Source: Ptychomitrium polyphyllum (lineage: Eukaryota). Taken from it: DNA of 64,000 nt. The DNA lies in the NCBI GenBank assembly GCA_973851085.1, contig OZ316776.1, forward strand, positions 4,092,001 through 4,156,000, read 5' to 3'. Below the pieces are notes generated by a model. That model saw only the letters and a program-made list of their open reading frames with translations. It searched no databases and was not told the DNA's origin. The translations under genes were made by a program, and so were the position numbers. Below, piece after piece: positions 24,816-38,807 of the stretch (position 1 is its first letter; each line of letters begins with the position of its first letter).

Positions 24816-27800
24816 TTAATGTCGACGTTGTCTTTTGTTGGAGTTCCTATTCCTTTCAAAGCGTTCTACCACTTCATTGGCATTTCCCAAGTCCTTGGCC
24901 GCTACCCAAGTTGCTTCTTTTTCATGGTGCCCCCTCCACTTTACCAAATACTCTTCTCCTATTTTCTTGTGGTGCTTACACTTGAGAATTCCTTCTATTT
25001 CATATTCCAAGTGATCGCCCATCAATTCCGGCGGTGGCCAAATCACTTGCTTGTGATTGGGCCACAAGGTATCTTTTTTGAATGGCTTAAGGAGTGAGAC
25101 ATGAAATGTTGGATGCACTTTGATTTTGGGTGATAGCTCCAACTTGTACACATCTTTAAACACCCGCTCCACAATGGAAAACAGCCCCGCAAATTTGGAC
25201 ATGAACTTTGGAGTGAGGCCTTCGGGCAAGCTAAAGTTCTTCACATTCAACAACACCTTTTGGCCTACTTCATACTCCACTTCACGTCTTCCGGCATTGA
25301 CTTGTTTTCCGTACTGCTTTTGTGTTTTTTCCAACAAAAGCTTGGTCTTCTCCAACATTTGTTTCCGCTTTTTGGCCAAGTCCTCACCATCTTGGTTAAA
25401 CTCTAGTGATGAATGTGCACCTTCGAGAGCTAAGTTGGCAGGCTGGAGTGGCTCCACTCCATAGGCCACCTTAAATGGCAACTGCTTTGTCGCCAAATGG
25501 TTGGCCGCATTATAACTGAACTCCGCTAGGCTCACATAATCCACCCAATTGCACTGGTCCGCACTCACAAAGTTCCTCAAGTATTGGTTCAAGACTCCGT
25601 TCACTCGTTCCGTTTGCCCATCCGTTTGAGGATGGAAGGCAGTGCTAAACGTCAATTTGGTTCCAACTTTCCTAAAGAAATGTTTCCAAAAAGCACTAGT
25701 GAATTTTGAATCTCGATCCGACACAATGACTCTTGGCAACCCGTGATGTTTCCACCATGCATCGAGGAATAGCTTTGCGGCCTCATGTGTAGTTACGGTT
25801 CCTCTAGTTGGCACCATGTGCGCCAACTTGCTAAAGCGATCTACCATCACAAAGATGGCATCATGCCCTTGCAATTCCGGAAGACTTGTGATGAAGTCCA
25901 TAGACACGCTATGCCATGGACCTGGCGGAATTGGCAAAGGTTGTAGTAGACCGGCTTGCTTTTGGTAAGAGGCTCTATTGAGTTGGCACTTCACACAAGT
26001 TTTCACAAATTCGGTGATGTCCGCTTTCATACCCGGCCAATAGTACCTTCTTGACACCGCCGCAATGGTGGTTTTTACCCTCTATGGCCGGCTATGGAAC
26101 TATCATGTTCTTCTTTCAAAACCAACAACCGTAGTTTTCCTTGAAGCACATAGAGCCGACTTTGTTTATACTTGAGCAATCCCTTCTCCAACTTAATTTC
26201 CTTAAGTTTCTTACCCTTCTTAAGCTCACCGAGAAGCCTTTGTGCTTTGGAGTCCTTCATGTACCCCTCTCTTATCTTCCTTTCCAAATTGCCTTCTCCC
26301 TTGTACATTACTTGCAGGACTTGGGTTGTGCCCATTGCTTGCAACTCCTCCCGCCTACTTAGAGCATCCGGCACTACATTGTCACGCCCCGGCTTGTGGA
26401 TCAAATCCACATTCATGAGTGCTAAGGTGTCATGCCACCTCAATCGTTTTGCACTCATTTGTGCGTGCGACTCAAAATACTTCAACGACACGTTGTCCGT
26501 ATAGACTTTGGTTTTATATAGGCCCAAGTAGTGCCGCCATGTTTTCAAACAATGCACTACGGCAAAGAGTTCTTTTTCGTGCGTGGGCCACCTCTTTTGG
26601 CACCCATCCAACTTCTTGCTCTCATAGGCAATTGGCATGCCTTCTTGCATGAGAACTCCGCCAATGGCAAAGTTACTTGCATCCGTGTGGACCTCAAAGG
26701 GCTTTTCAAACTCGGGGAACTTCAATACTCGCGGTTGTGACAACTTATCCTTGAGTTCTTGAAAAGCTTGGTGACAAAATCCATCCCATACTTGGCTAGC
26801 TCCTTTCTTCAACAAGTCGGACAAAGGTCTCGCATTTTTGGAGAAGTTGCGTATGAACCTCCTATAATAATTTGCTAGGCCGAGAAATGATCTCAGTCGC
26901 TTTTGTGTAGAAGGTTGTTTCCACTCTCTAATTGCCTTTATCTTCCTTATGTCCGGCTTAATTCCATCATCCGTCAGTATATGGGCCAAAAACTCAATCT
27001 TAAGTTGAGCAAACTCACTCTTTTCTCCATTGGCATAAAGTTTGTGGTCCCTAAGTTTTTGAAGCACCACTTCGAGGTGCCTTGCATGTTCTTCCGCCGA
27101 CTTGGAGTACACCAAGATGTCATCAATGTAGACAATGACAAAGTCATCCATCTCTTCTCGAAAGATGGTATTTATGAGGGTCGTGAACGTGGAAGGAGCA
27201 TTACACAACCCGAATGGCATCACCAAAAATTCATAGGACCCATATTTAGTGCGGCATGCGGTCTTTGGCACGTCTTCATCCGCAATGGGGATTTGATAGT
27301 AGCCCGACTTTAAGTCTATTCGACTAAAGTATTTAGCTCCCGCCAATCTATCAAAGAGGTCATCAATGCGAGGCAAAGGATAGTTGTTCTTGATGGTGGC
27401 TTTATTCAAGGCTATATAATCGACATATATGCGGAGCTTGCCATCATTTTCGTCTACAAAGAGGACCGGTGCTCCATATGGCGAGTTACTTGGCCTAACA
27501 TAGCCTCTTTCCAACAAATCATTCAATTGCTTCTTCAATTCCTCTAATTCTTTTTGGTTCAACCGGTATGGAACCTTCGAAGGGAGCTCTGTTCTCGGTA
27601 TCACTTCAATTTTGTGATCCACTTCTCTTCTTGGCGGTAACTCTACGGGCAGCTCATTGGTGAGCACATCTTTGTAACCACTTAGTACATTTTGAATGCA
27701 CTTAGGAATAGTCCTAACCTCCTTGGCACTTGGCATAATCCCTTCTTCTTGTTCCATATGCATCACAACCACAAATTGATTATTCTCTAATTGTTCTAAG

Positions 27801-28243
27801 GAGACTAAGTTCAACTTTCCTCCCGCAACCATAGGAGTCTTAGTCAACTTCAATATTGCCTCCTTCCCACCACCGTGCACTACTAACCGTGCTGGCTTTC
27901 GCTTTACATCCACCACATGAGTTTCGAAAAAGGTATCACCTAAAATGAGGTCTACCTCATCCATCTCACATAGTGTGAAACTTTCCTTCAACTCCAATGT
28001 CCCACTACTTAAGGCCACATCCAACACCACCTCCTTCGTCTCGTACGATTTGCCTTTTGCAAATCGCACATTGATGGGCTTGCTAGCTTTTTGAGCCGAC
28101 AAGCCCAACACCCTTGCTAGCATGGGACTCATGAAGGAGTGTGTTGCCCGTGTGTCAATCAAACATGAAACATTTTTGCCATTTATTTGGGCCTCAAGGT
28201 ATAAAAGACTTGACCTTGGCTTAAAGCTACTAGCCTTGGCCAC
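24816..28243 (-). pseudogene. pol (protease-RT-RNase H-integrase-chromodomain) with one frameshift near 26075
   Basis: [52 protein letters not shown], and chromodomain EYEIEGIL..YLVKWRG..EATW. The two ORFs (26075-28243 and 24816-26057) are out of frame. Confidence 0.9.
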
Positions 28244-28299
28244 AAATCAACCTTCTAAAATGTGATCCATAACACAAATGTGACAAGCTTTGGTACTCA

Positions 28300-29441
28300 C
28301 CTTTTTATTGGGGCACTCCACAATGAAGTGACCGATCTTGCCACACCCGTGGCAACGCTTGTACTTCACCTCAGCACCCTTATTTCCCGATTTGAATGGT
28401 TTTTTCTCATGATGGTCCACTTTGTTGTAGGCCCTTCCATCTACTTATCCCTTGTGTTTGTTTCCAAAGCCAAATTTCTTGCGTTCTCCGCCGCGAAATA
28501 CATTTCGGCTCAATCCACTTTGTTGAGTGGAACCACTTGATTTTCTTTTGGATCCGTCAGCTTCAATTCTTTCTGCAATCTTAATGATTCCCGCCACGTC
28601 CTCCGGAAGCTTTGGGAATTTGAACAAGGCGTTTACCACCCACTTTTTAAGCCCACCCAAAAAGATGCATTTCTTTGAAAACTCATCCATTTTGAATGTG
28701 GCATTCATTTGGGCGTTGAAATCTTGCACATAAGTCTTAAGTGACCTGGTGTTTCTCATTTGCACCAAGTTCATGCCCTCCCTCAACTCTTGGTATTCCG
28801 GAGTGAAGCGTTCACTCAAAATTTCTTTAAAACCGACCCAAGAGAAAGTCGCCACCAACTCCGGCTCTTGCTCCTTTTTACTTGTCCACCATTTAAAAAC
28901 ATGGTCCTTTAGAAAGGTCACCGCAATTGAAACCTTGTCCCCCTCGTCCGGCTTTTTATCATTATAATAGTTGTCCATTTCCAAGAGAAACTCCTTCACC
29001 TTCCTCGCTTTACTTAGCCCAGAAAAGTGCTTGGCATGTTCATCTTGGCCAACTTCTTGGTTGAAAATGAGGGCCTGGAACCTTGTGCCATCAAGTGCTC
29101 AATCAGCCTTTCTTGACGGGCCCTTTCTTCCTTGCTACGCTTAAGTTTTTGGTTCACACCGTCCATAAACTCAAGCATTTCATGCAAAGACTTAAATTAG
29201 GGTCCTGACTTTCTAGGCCCTCGGGTGGTTTAGGAATCCTAGCCCTTGAGAACTCTCCACCTTCCAATGCTTTGTCTTATTGAGTTTCATCAACTTCCTC
29301 GGTGACTCCAATGTCATTCATTTGCTCATTGGAATCAAAGGATGGAGCCTCATTAATTGGATTGGGGTCTTTGTTCACCCTCGTGCGTAGTCGTTTAGAG
29401 GCCCTGGACTCACCGCCATCACCGGCCTTCTTCTTATCCAT
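28300..29441 (-). pseudogene. gag of the central chromovirus (frameshifted)
   Basis: ORF 28445-28999 with retrotransposon gag motifs (AVTFLKDHVFKWW, FLGGLK) and a CX2CX4HX4C knuckle CHGCGKIGHFIVEC near 28315-28356. 5' boundary approximate. Confidence 0.75.
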
Positions 29442-32400
29442 TGCCTCTTCGCAACGTAGTACTTAAGTATTCAAAGCTTGCTTTGATATCAAATGTCGCA
29501 ACCCTTGTAATGCACCTTAACAAATGTCACGCGCGTCAACTCTATACACTCCTCCATACACATGGTTAACTCCGATTTTCACTCTCCAAATCCCTCTATT
29601 ATTTCTCTTAGGACATCCAAAGGATTGGTAGCCAATTGTTAAGTACGGACTTCCACTCATGTCCAAGGCCTCACTTTGTGTTATTCCCATTCCATACGGC
29701 CTAACCGCACTTAGTGGTGTTTCCTTGCCACCACTCATGATCCCCAGGCAATCCTAAGATCACCTCGAGCCATCATGGTGCACGCGTGAAGACAACACCC
29801 CAACTTAATGGTAACAAACGTGCCATTTTAAACGTACCAGTCCCCTCTGTGATATCAGCCATCCACCGGCTCACAATAGGGTGGGGGTCCCCGTGGTGAA
29901 CCCCCAACACTAGCTCCACCAACCGAGACTCATCCTTGGTTCCTACCGGGACATTAAGGGAGTGAGGAAGGGGACCAGCCCTCTCCTATAGTACTCTCTG
30001 TGGGATTCGGCAGGCCCCCTGGCGCTCTGTAGCTGGCTGAACTCCGACACACCCAAAGTTTTGGAAGACACCTGATCTCCCTTGAGACTTAGCCGCTGAA
30101 AGCCTCCGGAACTCCCTTCGGACCTTCAAGGAGCTATATCTTCCTCTTTCGGTGCCCAAATGTATTATGCAACCACTCTATCGTCATTTACTCTTTGCGT
30201 AGATGCGGATAGACTCCTCAAACGTCCAATTTGAGTTGGTACTCTGGGAGATATGCCTCTCCCAAGGTTCGGGACTCCCGAGGAGTCCCTCCCTTGACCG
30301 TCCCAGTACAGTCACTGTGTAGGGCTGCCACAGTCCAAAACAGCCCCTTGGCAACTCCAACTTTGGAATGCCATAACTTTTAGCTTCCTTGTCTGATTTG
30401 AGCAATCTTTAGCATTTTAGAATCAGCTCTTCATGATTCTTCCAATGCCTACGATTTATCCTTCGTGGCCCTCGGTCTGCATGGGCAAGGATGTTTTTCC
30501 CCTTAGGGATCTTTCCCACGCTAGGCCCACTTGGTTCTCCTCATTATTGGCGCTACAAGTCCCGAACGTCACTCTGGGGTCTCCCTTGTGTCATTAGTGT
30601 TGCGGGCACTTTTTAAGAAGAGGTGCGCGACAAAAAGACCTCCCAAATCCCACAAAAAGTACTATAGGGAGGGTTGATCCATTTCTCTACTTCCATAGTG
30701 TTGCAATAATAATCAAAAGTGAGTTCCAATGAGTGGAGTTAATGTTGAGGCTTCACCATGGGAACTCCCATACCATTGTAAACTAGTGAGTGACCGGTTT
30801 TACAAAAAGAACTAATGAGTTCCAAAGTGTGCATGAGTTGTCATTATATTGGGGTAGTATCTTCATGCCAACACTATGGTGGCTCGAGTTGATCATGGGA
30901 TCACTTTAGGATCATGAGTGGTGGTGAGGAGATACCACTAAGTGCGGTTAGGCCATGTAGAATGGAAGTAACACCAAGTAAAACCTTGGATATAAATGGA
31001 AGTCTGCATCTAATCATTAGCTACCAACCAATTGGGTATCTTAAGATAAATGAATAGAAAGAATTGAAAACCAAGTGTATGGTTTGGAGAGTGAAAATGG
31101 AAGTTAACCATGTGCATGTTGGGGTGTACAAGGTTGGTATGCGTGATGTTTGTTAAAGTGCATTGCAAAGGTTGCAACAAGTGTATTGCAAAGTGAGAGA
31201 TGATTTGTGCAACATATACCTTCTACTGTTTTAAAATATGATTAATTCATTTTTGTATTTTGTAATTTACTTAATAAAAATCTAATGTATTTCCTTAGCA
31301 CTATATAGTATTTGATGTGGATCATTTTTTGTATCAAAGTGTTCAAAAGAAGGTTAAATTGTTGTACTTTAAGTATTATAAGATTAGCCAATTTGCAATG
31401 GCTTAGTTTGTAATCATAATTTGCATTTAAGCAAGAATTTTGTTTCTAGCATTAAAAAGACTTGGTAGACTTAGTGTTTAAGCGTGATTTTCTGCTGTAA
31501 TTGATGGCTAAAGAATATGTTGAAGAATATTTATTGTAATGAGCTCTAAAATTTACGCTATTATAATTAAAAATTTTACGTGAACAAAATATGATTTATA
31601 CTACAATCATCTCAATTAATTTGCCACTTACAATGCACACATGTTTTAGACTTGGTCTATCAAATTCAATGTTGAAAATGTATTTTGGCTTACAAAAACA
31701 AAAGTTTGTCATTTTTGAAATAATCAAAGATCATGTGTAATTTAATATATCTTTGTATATTTTAAGAGAATTTTGTTTACATATATAAAGACTAAACATT
31801 TTCAAAGATCAATACCTTGCTTATTAATTTTGAAATTTATTTTTATCAAGAAGGAACTCAAATATACAACTTAGTAAAAAATCATTCTTATTATTTTTAA
31901 TAAATTATTCTTATTCCTCTTAAAAATTTCATTACTATATAAATAAAAAACACAGATTGGTGTTTAAATATTAGAATGTTATAAAAATCAACAAGGCATA
32001 AATAAACTTAAGAGCTATAATCTTTTTTCTTTAAATTAAGAAGTATTGTATATAAGCTATAAATATTTTTTAAAAGATACTAATTTAATAGCTATTTTTA
32101 CTAGAAAAATAGAAAACTATTAGTGCAAGGTTTTTGTTGCAATGGAATTAAAGATGTTTTGGTTTGTAGATTTTATATTTACTTCCAAGCATTACAATTT
32201 TGAATTTGGAATGTTTAAAGGCATATTTGAAAATTAAAGATGAAAGCCAAAAAACAACATAGCATTTGCTAATTCTTGATTTACAATATATTTTTAAAAC
32301 TTAATTTTAAATTCAAATATAGATTTATTATGATTTTAGATTTTGTTTTGGAACTTCAATATAAGCCTTATAAAGTAATCAAAGTGCCATAATATTCACA

Positions 32401-33599
32401 CATGAACGTTAATAATAACAACACCTAAGATTTCAATATAAAAAATTAATAAAATTATAGCAAAATATAAAAATTAGTTTTATTCATTTGAAATAAAATT
32501 TAAACATTTGTATCTATTTTAGCTTCCAATAAGTGTTCATAACACATTTGTAAATAATACATACTTTTATACTTATAAATTTGAATAATTTTATTTTAAT
32601 TTTATAAATGTTTTTAAATTCATGGAATTATTTCACTAGCACATTACTTTTTAAAAAATATGTTAAAAGAATATAATGTTCATAAAAAAAAATCAATGAA
32701 AAGTAACGTGCAAAGATAATATTAGTTTAATAAGTTGATTGTTGGCTAAATTGTTCTTAATTATAAATCTAACAAGTAAATTCATAATTATCTAAGATTA
32801 ACAAAGTTGGCAAATATTTGTATAGTATCTTAAAAAACGACAAAGCCAAACTGTACAATTTCTGATTGAAGCCCGTTCAAAGCGTGTTAATATGTGAAAG
32901 TGCATGTTGCAAAAATCATTTCATACTTAACAATAAACTCCAAGCTCTTCAACATGTACATGTGTCTATTAAGGTTCTTTTAGTTAGTATAATTCTTTAA
33001 TTTTTAGTCAATTACTTACGCCCTTCTTTTATTAATGCTTCACTTAGATGGGAAGTATCTTTATAATTGATAGAAATTATATCACCAATATTTAAAAAAA
33101 ATATTTAAAAAGTTTTCAAAAGATAACATCAATTTATTGCCAATGTTCCAAGTGAAAGAATATACTTCATGCACCAACCCCTTAAGTGTTGAATTAATTT
33201 TATTAAAGTCAATGTTGCAGTTTTTTCAAATTGACACAATTCAATTTTGCAAAGCTTAAATAGGACGGTTATGTATGTGATTTAGATTGGTAAAAATGGA
33301 AGATCTATATTACTAGTTTTTATACAAAAATTATACGTATTTTGAACAATTTTTTGGCTTAACGCACCTTGTCATTGTGGTTACGTGACAAGAATGTCAA
33401 TGTGTAGGACATATCACTATCTACATGGCATTTTTTGTGGATAGTAATAGTCAAAGTTTTGTATTTATCAATAATTAAAGAATATTGTAGATGTTCAAAG
33501 ATAGGCACTTTGACACACTTCCCACTCATCTGCCCGTACTTCATCTATAACTTCTTTAATTTTGATTCAAAATCAATTTCCTAGAATTATAGAGAATTT

Positions 33600-33717
33600 C
33601 CATGTCCAAGCCGTATCCAAGCCATGTCCAAGCCGTATCCAAGGCGTGTCCAAGGCGTGTCCAAGGCGTGTCCAAGGCGTGTCCAAGGCGTGTCCAAGGC
33701 GTGTCCAAGGCGTGTCC
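33600..33717 (-). repeat. 11-bp minisatellite, mirror copy
   Basis: (AAGGCGTGTCC)n with the same unit number as 18204-18321. Confidence 0.95.
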
Positions 33718-34019
33718 CGTAAGGGATGCAGATCTATAACCGTGGGTACACCAAACCTAACACTATCTACCACCTATGTAAGTACGCGGAAATGTCGTAG
33801 GTAATGTCGGCTTTAGTTGTGCGCCCTCGAAGTTAAGTGGCGTTAGCGAGAGAAAACGACGATTCTGCGCGGAATCGGTTCTAGTAGCGTGAGGAGTACT
33901 TGGCAGGGGTTTAAGAGCTCTCTGTTTCTAGGGTTTTGCAACCCAAAGCTTCGCAGCAGTCGGGAGACGACTGCACGGGAGGAAGGTGAAGCTGTGGCGT
34001 TCGCGGTGCTGAGGACGAG

Positions 34020-34461
34020 ATGAAGACGGTGGTGGGCAAGGTGGTGTCCAACAAGATGACCAAGTCGGTGGTGGTGGCGGTGCAGCGCATGTGGCAGCAC
34101 CCGCGCTACCCCAAGCTCGTGCGCCGCACCTCCAAGTTCATGGCGCACGACGAGACCAACGCCTGCAACATTGGTGATGAGGTGGGTACTTTATTTGTGG
34201 TGCACTGATGAAGTTGTTTCGTGATTCTCCTAGAATCCATTGATGGTATTTCCGGTTTTCCTTGAGTTTTCCTTCTGGCGTGCATTCCACTCGCAGGTGA
34301 GGTTAGAGTCGTCGCGGCCTTTGAGCAAGCGTAAGCATTGGCTAGTCCAGGATATCATCCGAAGAGCCAGGATATTCCAGGCCCCCGACGTGTCAAAAAT
34401 CACAGCTGCAAAATTAGCGCAAACGGAAACGCAGGCTTCTACATCTTCAACTACGCCTTGA
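34020..34461 (+). CDS. RPS17: Ribosomal protein S17 (uS17, probably mitochondrial), copy 2
   Basis: Exons 34020-34181 and 34297-34461, identical to copy 1. Confidence 0.93.
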
Positions 34462-36461
34462 ACCCCAGCCAACTAGGTGATCGTATGCCGTGCCGGAAGT
34501 GGAAGTCTCATAAAGATGAGTTCAAGATTTTAAAACAAAGGTGTTTGCTGCTCGACTTGTTTCGTTTCACTAGCAATGGAGGCTGTCAGCTATCAGACTG
34601 TCCAATTCGCTCGCACTTCGTCAAGTATAGTAAAGGTGAATCCGAGATCCAACTGTACATTCTTGTTTAAGATGTCAGATTCATTTTTGATCAACCGACG
34701 GATTCACATCCTAAAAACCCTAAATGCATGTAACGAGTGACGTCCTTTGAAATCGGGTTTAAGAACACTTTGAAGAGTGACTACTTGGCTGCATCTTTGT
34801 GATTTACGAGGATTTTAGCACTTTATCCGAGCGTCCTAGCGTTTGTGTATCTGAGTGAGCCATCGATGACGAATCAGGATTCTGTCATTGAGTTTACTGA
34901 AAATTTTCATTACAGTACACATTTCTCTACTCCGTGCGTGTGATCTGTGATGTTTATAACGGCCTCTTCAATGTTTTACACTCATATGATTTGTTGAATG
35001 GACACCATTGTGTCAGTTAACTTCAAATTTACGTAGAGCGGATTAGAACATGAATATCTGTCCCAGTCGGGGGATGATTAAAAGTATTGCAATTCTTTCC
35101 AGTTCACAAGGCGAGTCGTGGAGACCTATCGATTGTCTGCTACAGCCAGAACGTTCAGGCTTCAAGAACAACTCACCAGCTTCCTCCCTCTAAGAGCCAG
35201 CGAGAATAGGTGTCGGGAAAGAACCTGGCCACGGACCACAAGAAACGAAAAGGACTTGTACTTCCCGTAAACAATGAAGTGAGTTCGGACAAGGGCGGCG
35301 TTGCCATTCGGACGCTCGATCTCGGAATCCTTATCCAGGCCGCCTGGAAGAGACCACAGTTCGCTCTTGCTCTGTATGTCCATAACTAACAGAACATGTT
35401 GACCAGTTGAAGCAACTCATCCTCCCCACGTAGGGAGGAAAAATCGCTAAGAAGTGATTTCCGAGGGCATGAGTTTGGTTTGGTGACTCGGCACACGAGC
35501 TTCCTTGCTCTCCACTACACTACGACACATTTTTCCAACAATGTTTCTGCTCGTGCTGTCTTATGACGAACCGTCCTTGCAATTTCTCTCCAGACAAGAG
35601 CCCATCCTGAAAGCCGGCAATCTGACACCCAGATACCGTCATCCGCTTCAAAACGAGAAAAATCTTGCACATAGAGGTTCTGCTACGAAACTGCCCCGAC
35701 TGCAAGCTCGGCTGTGCTGCACATGTGCGAGGAAAACATAGACGTTCGGCAGGTCCCGCAGCTACAAGGTTCCCCCGGGTTGCCAGAACAATCCTCTCCA
35801 CCGTCAGCGAATACGACCAAAACACCGAGGGCAACGCGGTAAAACTAGAAACGGGCTGCCGCACTCGGTCCGTGCCAACACGAAGCGTACAACACCGGTT
35901 CCGTTGCAAACCGCGCAAGAGAGCGCGGACGAACGTGCACAGTTCGGCAGTGATGTGAACCAAGTTACATAGTATTGGCATTCCAACCAAGTTGAGACAA
36001 CTCAAAATTCTGAATCGAAACCTTGGCGTGTATGTTACAAGTAATATACGTGCTAGCAATCGTTGCTGCCGTCTCGCACTATCCTAACCAGAGCCTCCCA
36101 GTTTGTCCACCTACGCTCACGCAGGCGTGATCGCAGAGACGATCCTCAGGTCATGCCCTGCGACCCTGTGGCCACGGAAAACCACTCGTCGCAGGTCAAG
36201 CGCGACCGCCCGGCCCTCGACCCGAGCTCAAACCCCCAACCCCCCGCGAGCTACGTCCAAACCTACTCCGCATTCGGCAGACTCCTCTTCGCTCCAATGC
36301 AGCGCGCTCCCTACCTGAACTGGAAAAACAGCTCAGTGCCGCTTACTTCCACACCTCGTCCGCGGTTCCTACAGCCGTCCGTTCCAAGACGCTCCAAACC
36401 TGACCAAAAAAAAACGGGGTGACCGCAGCCTCTGACCTGGACCATTCGTCTCCACAGCACG

Positions 36462-38807
36462 TCAATTCTGGCCGCCATAAACGCCACTCGGGTCGGCATT
36501 GTTTACGATCCATGGATGCGTGAGCACTTTGCGAAGAGGCAGCCGCTGGGCAGAATCCTTCACCAGCAGCTGCATACATCAGCGACAGTGCCCTGCAGAA
36601 TTAGAGGAATCGCCACTCCCAAAACTTGCAACGTAAACACGCTGCTGGCGAAAGAAGCGTCGGCCAAGACGCGATCAACATACATGCCACACCTCGCCGA
36701 CTCCCCTTACCTGACAGATCAGATCTCGGGCGGCTGACGAAATGACGGGCTTGGATGGAAATCTCAGGTCCACGCGAACGATGCTGCACGACACAACATG
36801 CCGCTGTTAGAAACCCCCCTCCTTTCGGATGTCATCATGTGAGGCACGTCATGCCCGGAACACATCTCAGAATGCCCTCGTCTCCAAGCCCAGAGCCAAA
36901 GCCCTTCCTCCCTCTTTCGTTCCACTCTCATCAACGCTCGGTTCCGAGTCTCTGCTCACCAGCTCGACACATCCAAATCCAAGAACGAGGCACGAAGGTG
37001 AATTACCGCTTGTACGTGTCGGAGTGCTTCTTCGCTTCGAAAGGCGGGGTGCCATACAAGAACTCGAAGCAAAGAATGCCCAAGCTCCACACGTCCACTC
37101 CAGCATCATGCTCCTTGCCCTCCACTGTCCCCACAGTACAGAAACTCCAGCGCACTCAGCCATCCACAGCACATCCAGAAATCCAAAACACACTCGAAGC
37201 TCGCTCCACGTATGCATGAGACTGGCGAGTGCTTACCCATCTCCGGAGGTAGGTAATCCAGGGTCCCGCATAGGGTCCTACGCCTGTTGCACGTGTGTAC
37301 GGACCACCCGAAGTCCGCTATCTTCAACTCGCCCTGTCCACCCAACCAAATGCTTGTCAGCAGACGGACGCCTGCCCTCGCCACCACCAAAACAGAAACG
37401 TAACAACCGTTCAGCGTAAGCTCGGCGAGAAACTGCTCACAAACCTTCAGCCCGATCAGTAGATTCTCCGGCTTGATGTCACGGTGGATGACGTGCTTCT
37501 CGTGGCAGTAGATTAGGGCACGGGCTAGAGAGGCGATGTACTGCAGGTCGACAACACACGCGGTTCAGCACCACATCCACTGCCTCAACGAGTTCCACTG
37601 TCCACCTATTACTCCGGCCCCTCACGACGGGTCCGGAAGGACGACAGCAGGGGGTTACATCCATTCCAAAAACGACGGTCACTAGTTCGGTCATACCGTG
37701 GCCGCCCTCTTCTCGTGGAAGACTTTGCATCTTTGCAGCTCTTTGTAGAGCTCACCCTTCGCAGCATACTCCAGGATCAGATACACTCTCGCCTGGACAC
37801 ACATGCAACCAACGGGATGAGGCTGCGGACCTGCCCACCGAGCTCGCTATCACAGTCTATGCAGAGAAGCATCACATACTGGACTCTTCCCCGCACCGCC
37901 GTCGGAAGGGGCATCCACGGGGATCATCGACTGCTCTCGGTCGCATACGAAGCAGTGGGAACATCGAGTCATCGCGGAAAACCCACGTGCGCGCCCGCAC
38001 GCGTGCATTCCAAGTTCTCACCTGGTCATAGAAGTACCCGTACAGGCGAAGGATGTTGGGATGCCGAAGATGAGACTGAATCTCGATCTCGCGCCGCAGC
38101 TGGTGCTCCACTTGGGACTGCTGGAGCTGGTTCTTGAACAGAACCTTCAGCGCCACGATATACTTGCTCTGCCATACCACACTCCATCCGTCAGGGCCAG
38201 GACCAACGCATCGCGATCATTGACAGTGGCGCTGCGCCATGCTCTGGGACGCACCACAGTACAGAAGCGGGACGGCTTCGTCGGCTGTGATCACCACGTC
38301 CCGCAAGCTGTGGGCTCCCTGCATTGCATGCTACCGACGACCTGTTTCAACCGCGATTCCCCGGGACATCCATCCCAGAACACGCTCGCAACACGCTTCG
38401 GACCACGCATCGAGCCCGCAACTCGAACTCCGACAACAACGACCAAACTCGGCGTGGAGGAAGCGGATACCGCATTCTACCGTTCCCTTCGACTGCCCAC
38501 CACCGGACAGCGGAGCGGATACTGCGACAGACGGGTCGGTCCAGTAGTCTCACCTGTTTCTCCCGGGCTAGGTACACGTTCCCGAATTTGCCCCTGCCCA
38601 GTGGCTTTCCGATGTCGAAGTCCGTCATCGACCACCGCTTCTCCCCTCTGCTGCCACCCTCGGCTTGCGACTCCCGCCGCTCGAGCTGGAAGACGCCAAC
38701 GTTAGCCACACCTCATGGCACAGGCACGCTCCTCGAACGTCAGTCAACTCAACTGCAAAGGATCTACCCCTGGAAAGTCCGCGTCTCACCTTGGCATCGG
38801 AACCCAT
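36462..38807 (-). CDS. AUR1: Alpha-type Aurora kinase, copy 2 (identical to copy 1)
   Basis: Mirror of 13114-15459 with identical ORF translations. Confidence 0.95.

Larger units (their letters stand above)
22900..30632 (-). mobile_element. Near full-length Ty3/Gypsy chromovirus (family A), probably chimeric
   Basis: 5' LTR 30632-29494, PBS TGATATCAAAGC (tRNA-iMet-like) at 29491-29480, gag, pol, PPT AAGGTGGAGATGAG at 24054-24041, 3' LTR 24040-22900. TG..CA termini. No TSD (CGAAC vs AAAAG). Confidence 0.93.
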
